Positions 62,603 through 64,000 of a DNA stretch of 64,000 nt are shown here, in pieces. Source of the DNA: Felis catus (taxonomy: Eukaryota). Position numbers and translations under genes: made by a program. Where the stretch lies: contig NC_058368.1 in assembly GCF_018350175.1 (NCBI RefSeq), positions 72,914,001 through 72,978,000 on the forward strand. Direction: 5' to 3'. The notes under the pieces are model-generated. The model searched no databases. It had not been told where the DNA came from and saw only the letters and a program-made list of their open reading frames with translations. Each line of letters begins with the position of its first letter. Position 1 is the first letter of the stretch.

Positions 62603-62606
<4 letters not shown>

Positions 62607-64000
62607 GCAGAATGTAAAGGAGAAACTGTTCCTCAAAATTCAAGTGCATAATTAATACAAGAATGTCTTCTACAACTTACTAGGCATTAGGTAAATGTTT
62701 TGAAGAAATAAATGCATGAGTAAAATAAAAAGAAACATAGAAAGGATGAAAGAAGGGAGGAAAAGAAGAGCCGTTGCCAGAATTCCACATCTAGTTTTCT
62801 ATGGAAGATTCTCCTCACTCTAAACGAGGAAGTACTACCATTCTCAGGGGAAAATTGAGCCTGTTTCCACTCGTGTAACTGACTGTCTTGTCACCACTGT
62901 ATCCCTGGTGTCCATCTAGCTAAACAGATGGGAGAGCAGCAAATACACCCTTCCGGGGAGAAATGCTACAGACACAGTCAATATCGTCGTGTCTTCACGA
63001 ATGAAGGAAAACCATCAGGGGGAAGCTTTTCAGGAAGTCCTTTATATTTAATAATATTTTAGCTATAAATATCAATATGTATGCAACCAACTTTCTGTTA
63101 GTCATATCATTCCAAGGAAAAGAATACGGATAATAGAAAATTGTTTAAGAATTCCTCAGCAAAGCTGTAAGCTCCGTGACAGCAGGGACTGTTTAATTAA
63201 CCCCTATATTACTAGCATGGTGCACCTAGGAGATAATAAAAAATATATGTTTGGAGAGTTAATGAATTCATGAATGATATTGCTCACTCTAGACATTGAC
63301 TTTAATCTTCTTATTAGACAAATCATAATTTTGCATTTTCCTTCATCCTGAAGGTAAATTTTGGTGGATCAAAGCATGCCTCTATGAGCATTTCTGCTTT
63401 CTATGCCTCTACAACGTAATCTAAATGCAAAAACTAAATGGAACAACAAAAACCCAACACAAGGAAGACATCTTCATTATAAGCATTTTTAAGTATGCTT
63501 ATTTCTCGTTTTTTTAAGAGATACTAAGAGAAGGAATTAGAATGAGTTGCACGTTTCTTCACGTGGAACTAAGTGAAAGCTAGTTAGTAGCTTTCAAACA
63601 ATGCTGTTTCAAATGGCAACTAAAGTTTCAGCGAACACAGAATCTCTGGGTGAGAGGAGGAACAAGGCTTCTATTTTAGGCATTTTGTGATAAATTATAA
63701 GAATGGATCACATGAATAAATTTACTGGAAAGCAATTGAAGAGAAAGCTTTTAGAAAAACAGATTTTTGGCAAAAGCAGCCATGAGCTATTCTGGTCTTT
63801 GGCATTTTGAAGCCCATAGAGCAAATTTCCAAAGTAATTAATATAAGTGAACATTACATTTTAAGAAATCAATGCTTTTATATGAAATCCAAGGATATAG
63901 AGCCTATAATCTAGACTTACAAATGAGCACTTTGCATCATTAAAAGTATCACAAAGATTTGAACCAAAGGAGCCAATCAAGTTTATAATATTAGTAATAC

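Noticed and set aside
1..64000. Prokaryotic-type systems (operons, CRISPR arrays, defence islands, prophage)
   Set aside because: The sequence is mammalian and SINE-rich with no long ORFs. Tandem repeats are simple microsatellites without unique spacers.

Overview
Mammalian, not prokaryotic, DNA. It is almost certainly from a felid (cat family), because it carries 19 CAN-SINE copies, three of them near-consensus SINEC_Fc-type. The window is AT-rich, CpG-poor intronic or intergenic sequence, and I recognise no protein-coding gene, RNA gene, operon or CRISPR array. The ORF track is mostly explained by SINEs, microsatellites, LTRs and DNA-transposon remnants. Content is a repeat landscape: CAN-SINEs, L1 3' ends, L2, MIR, MaLR/ERVL/ERV1 solo LTRs, Tigger and hAT/Charlie elements, often nested. 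The most notable non-routine signals are: (i) a CpG/GC-enriched patch over old repeats at ~9.5-11.1 kb, with a local 84-bp duplication whose differences are strongly GC-skewed; (ii) a candidate spliced non-coding minus-strand transcript at 18.5-19.1 kb with upstream CRE/E-box/ETS motifs; (iii) an exact 33-bp templated copy inside a TA-repeat patch; (iv) a consensus CTCF site; (v) MEF2/E-box/AP-1 clusters; (vi) an intact-ended Tigger-type deletion derivative; (vii) several unverified exon candidates. I see no convincing evidence of a new multi-gene system. Repeat subfamily names are recalled from consensus sequences, not from a database search, and boundaries of old repeats are approximate.
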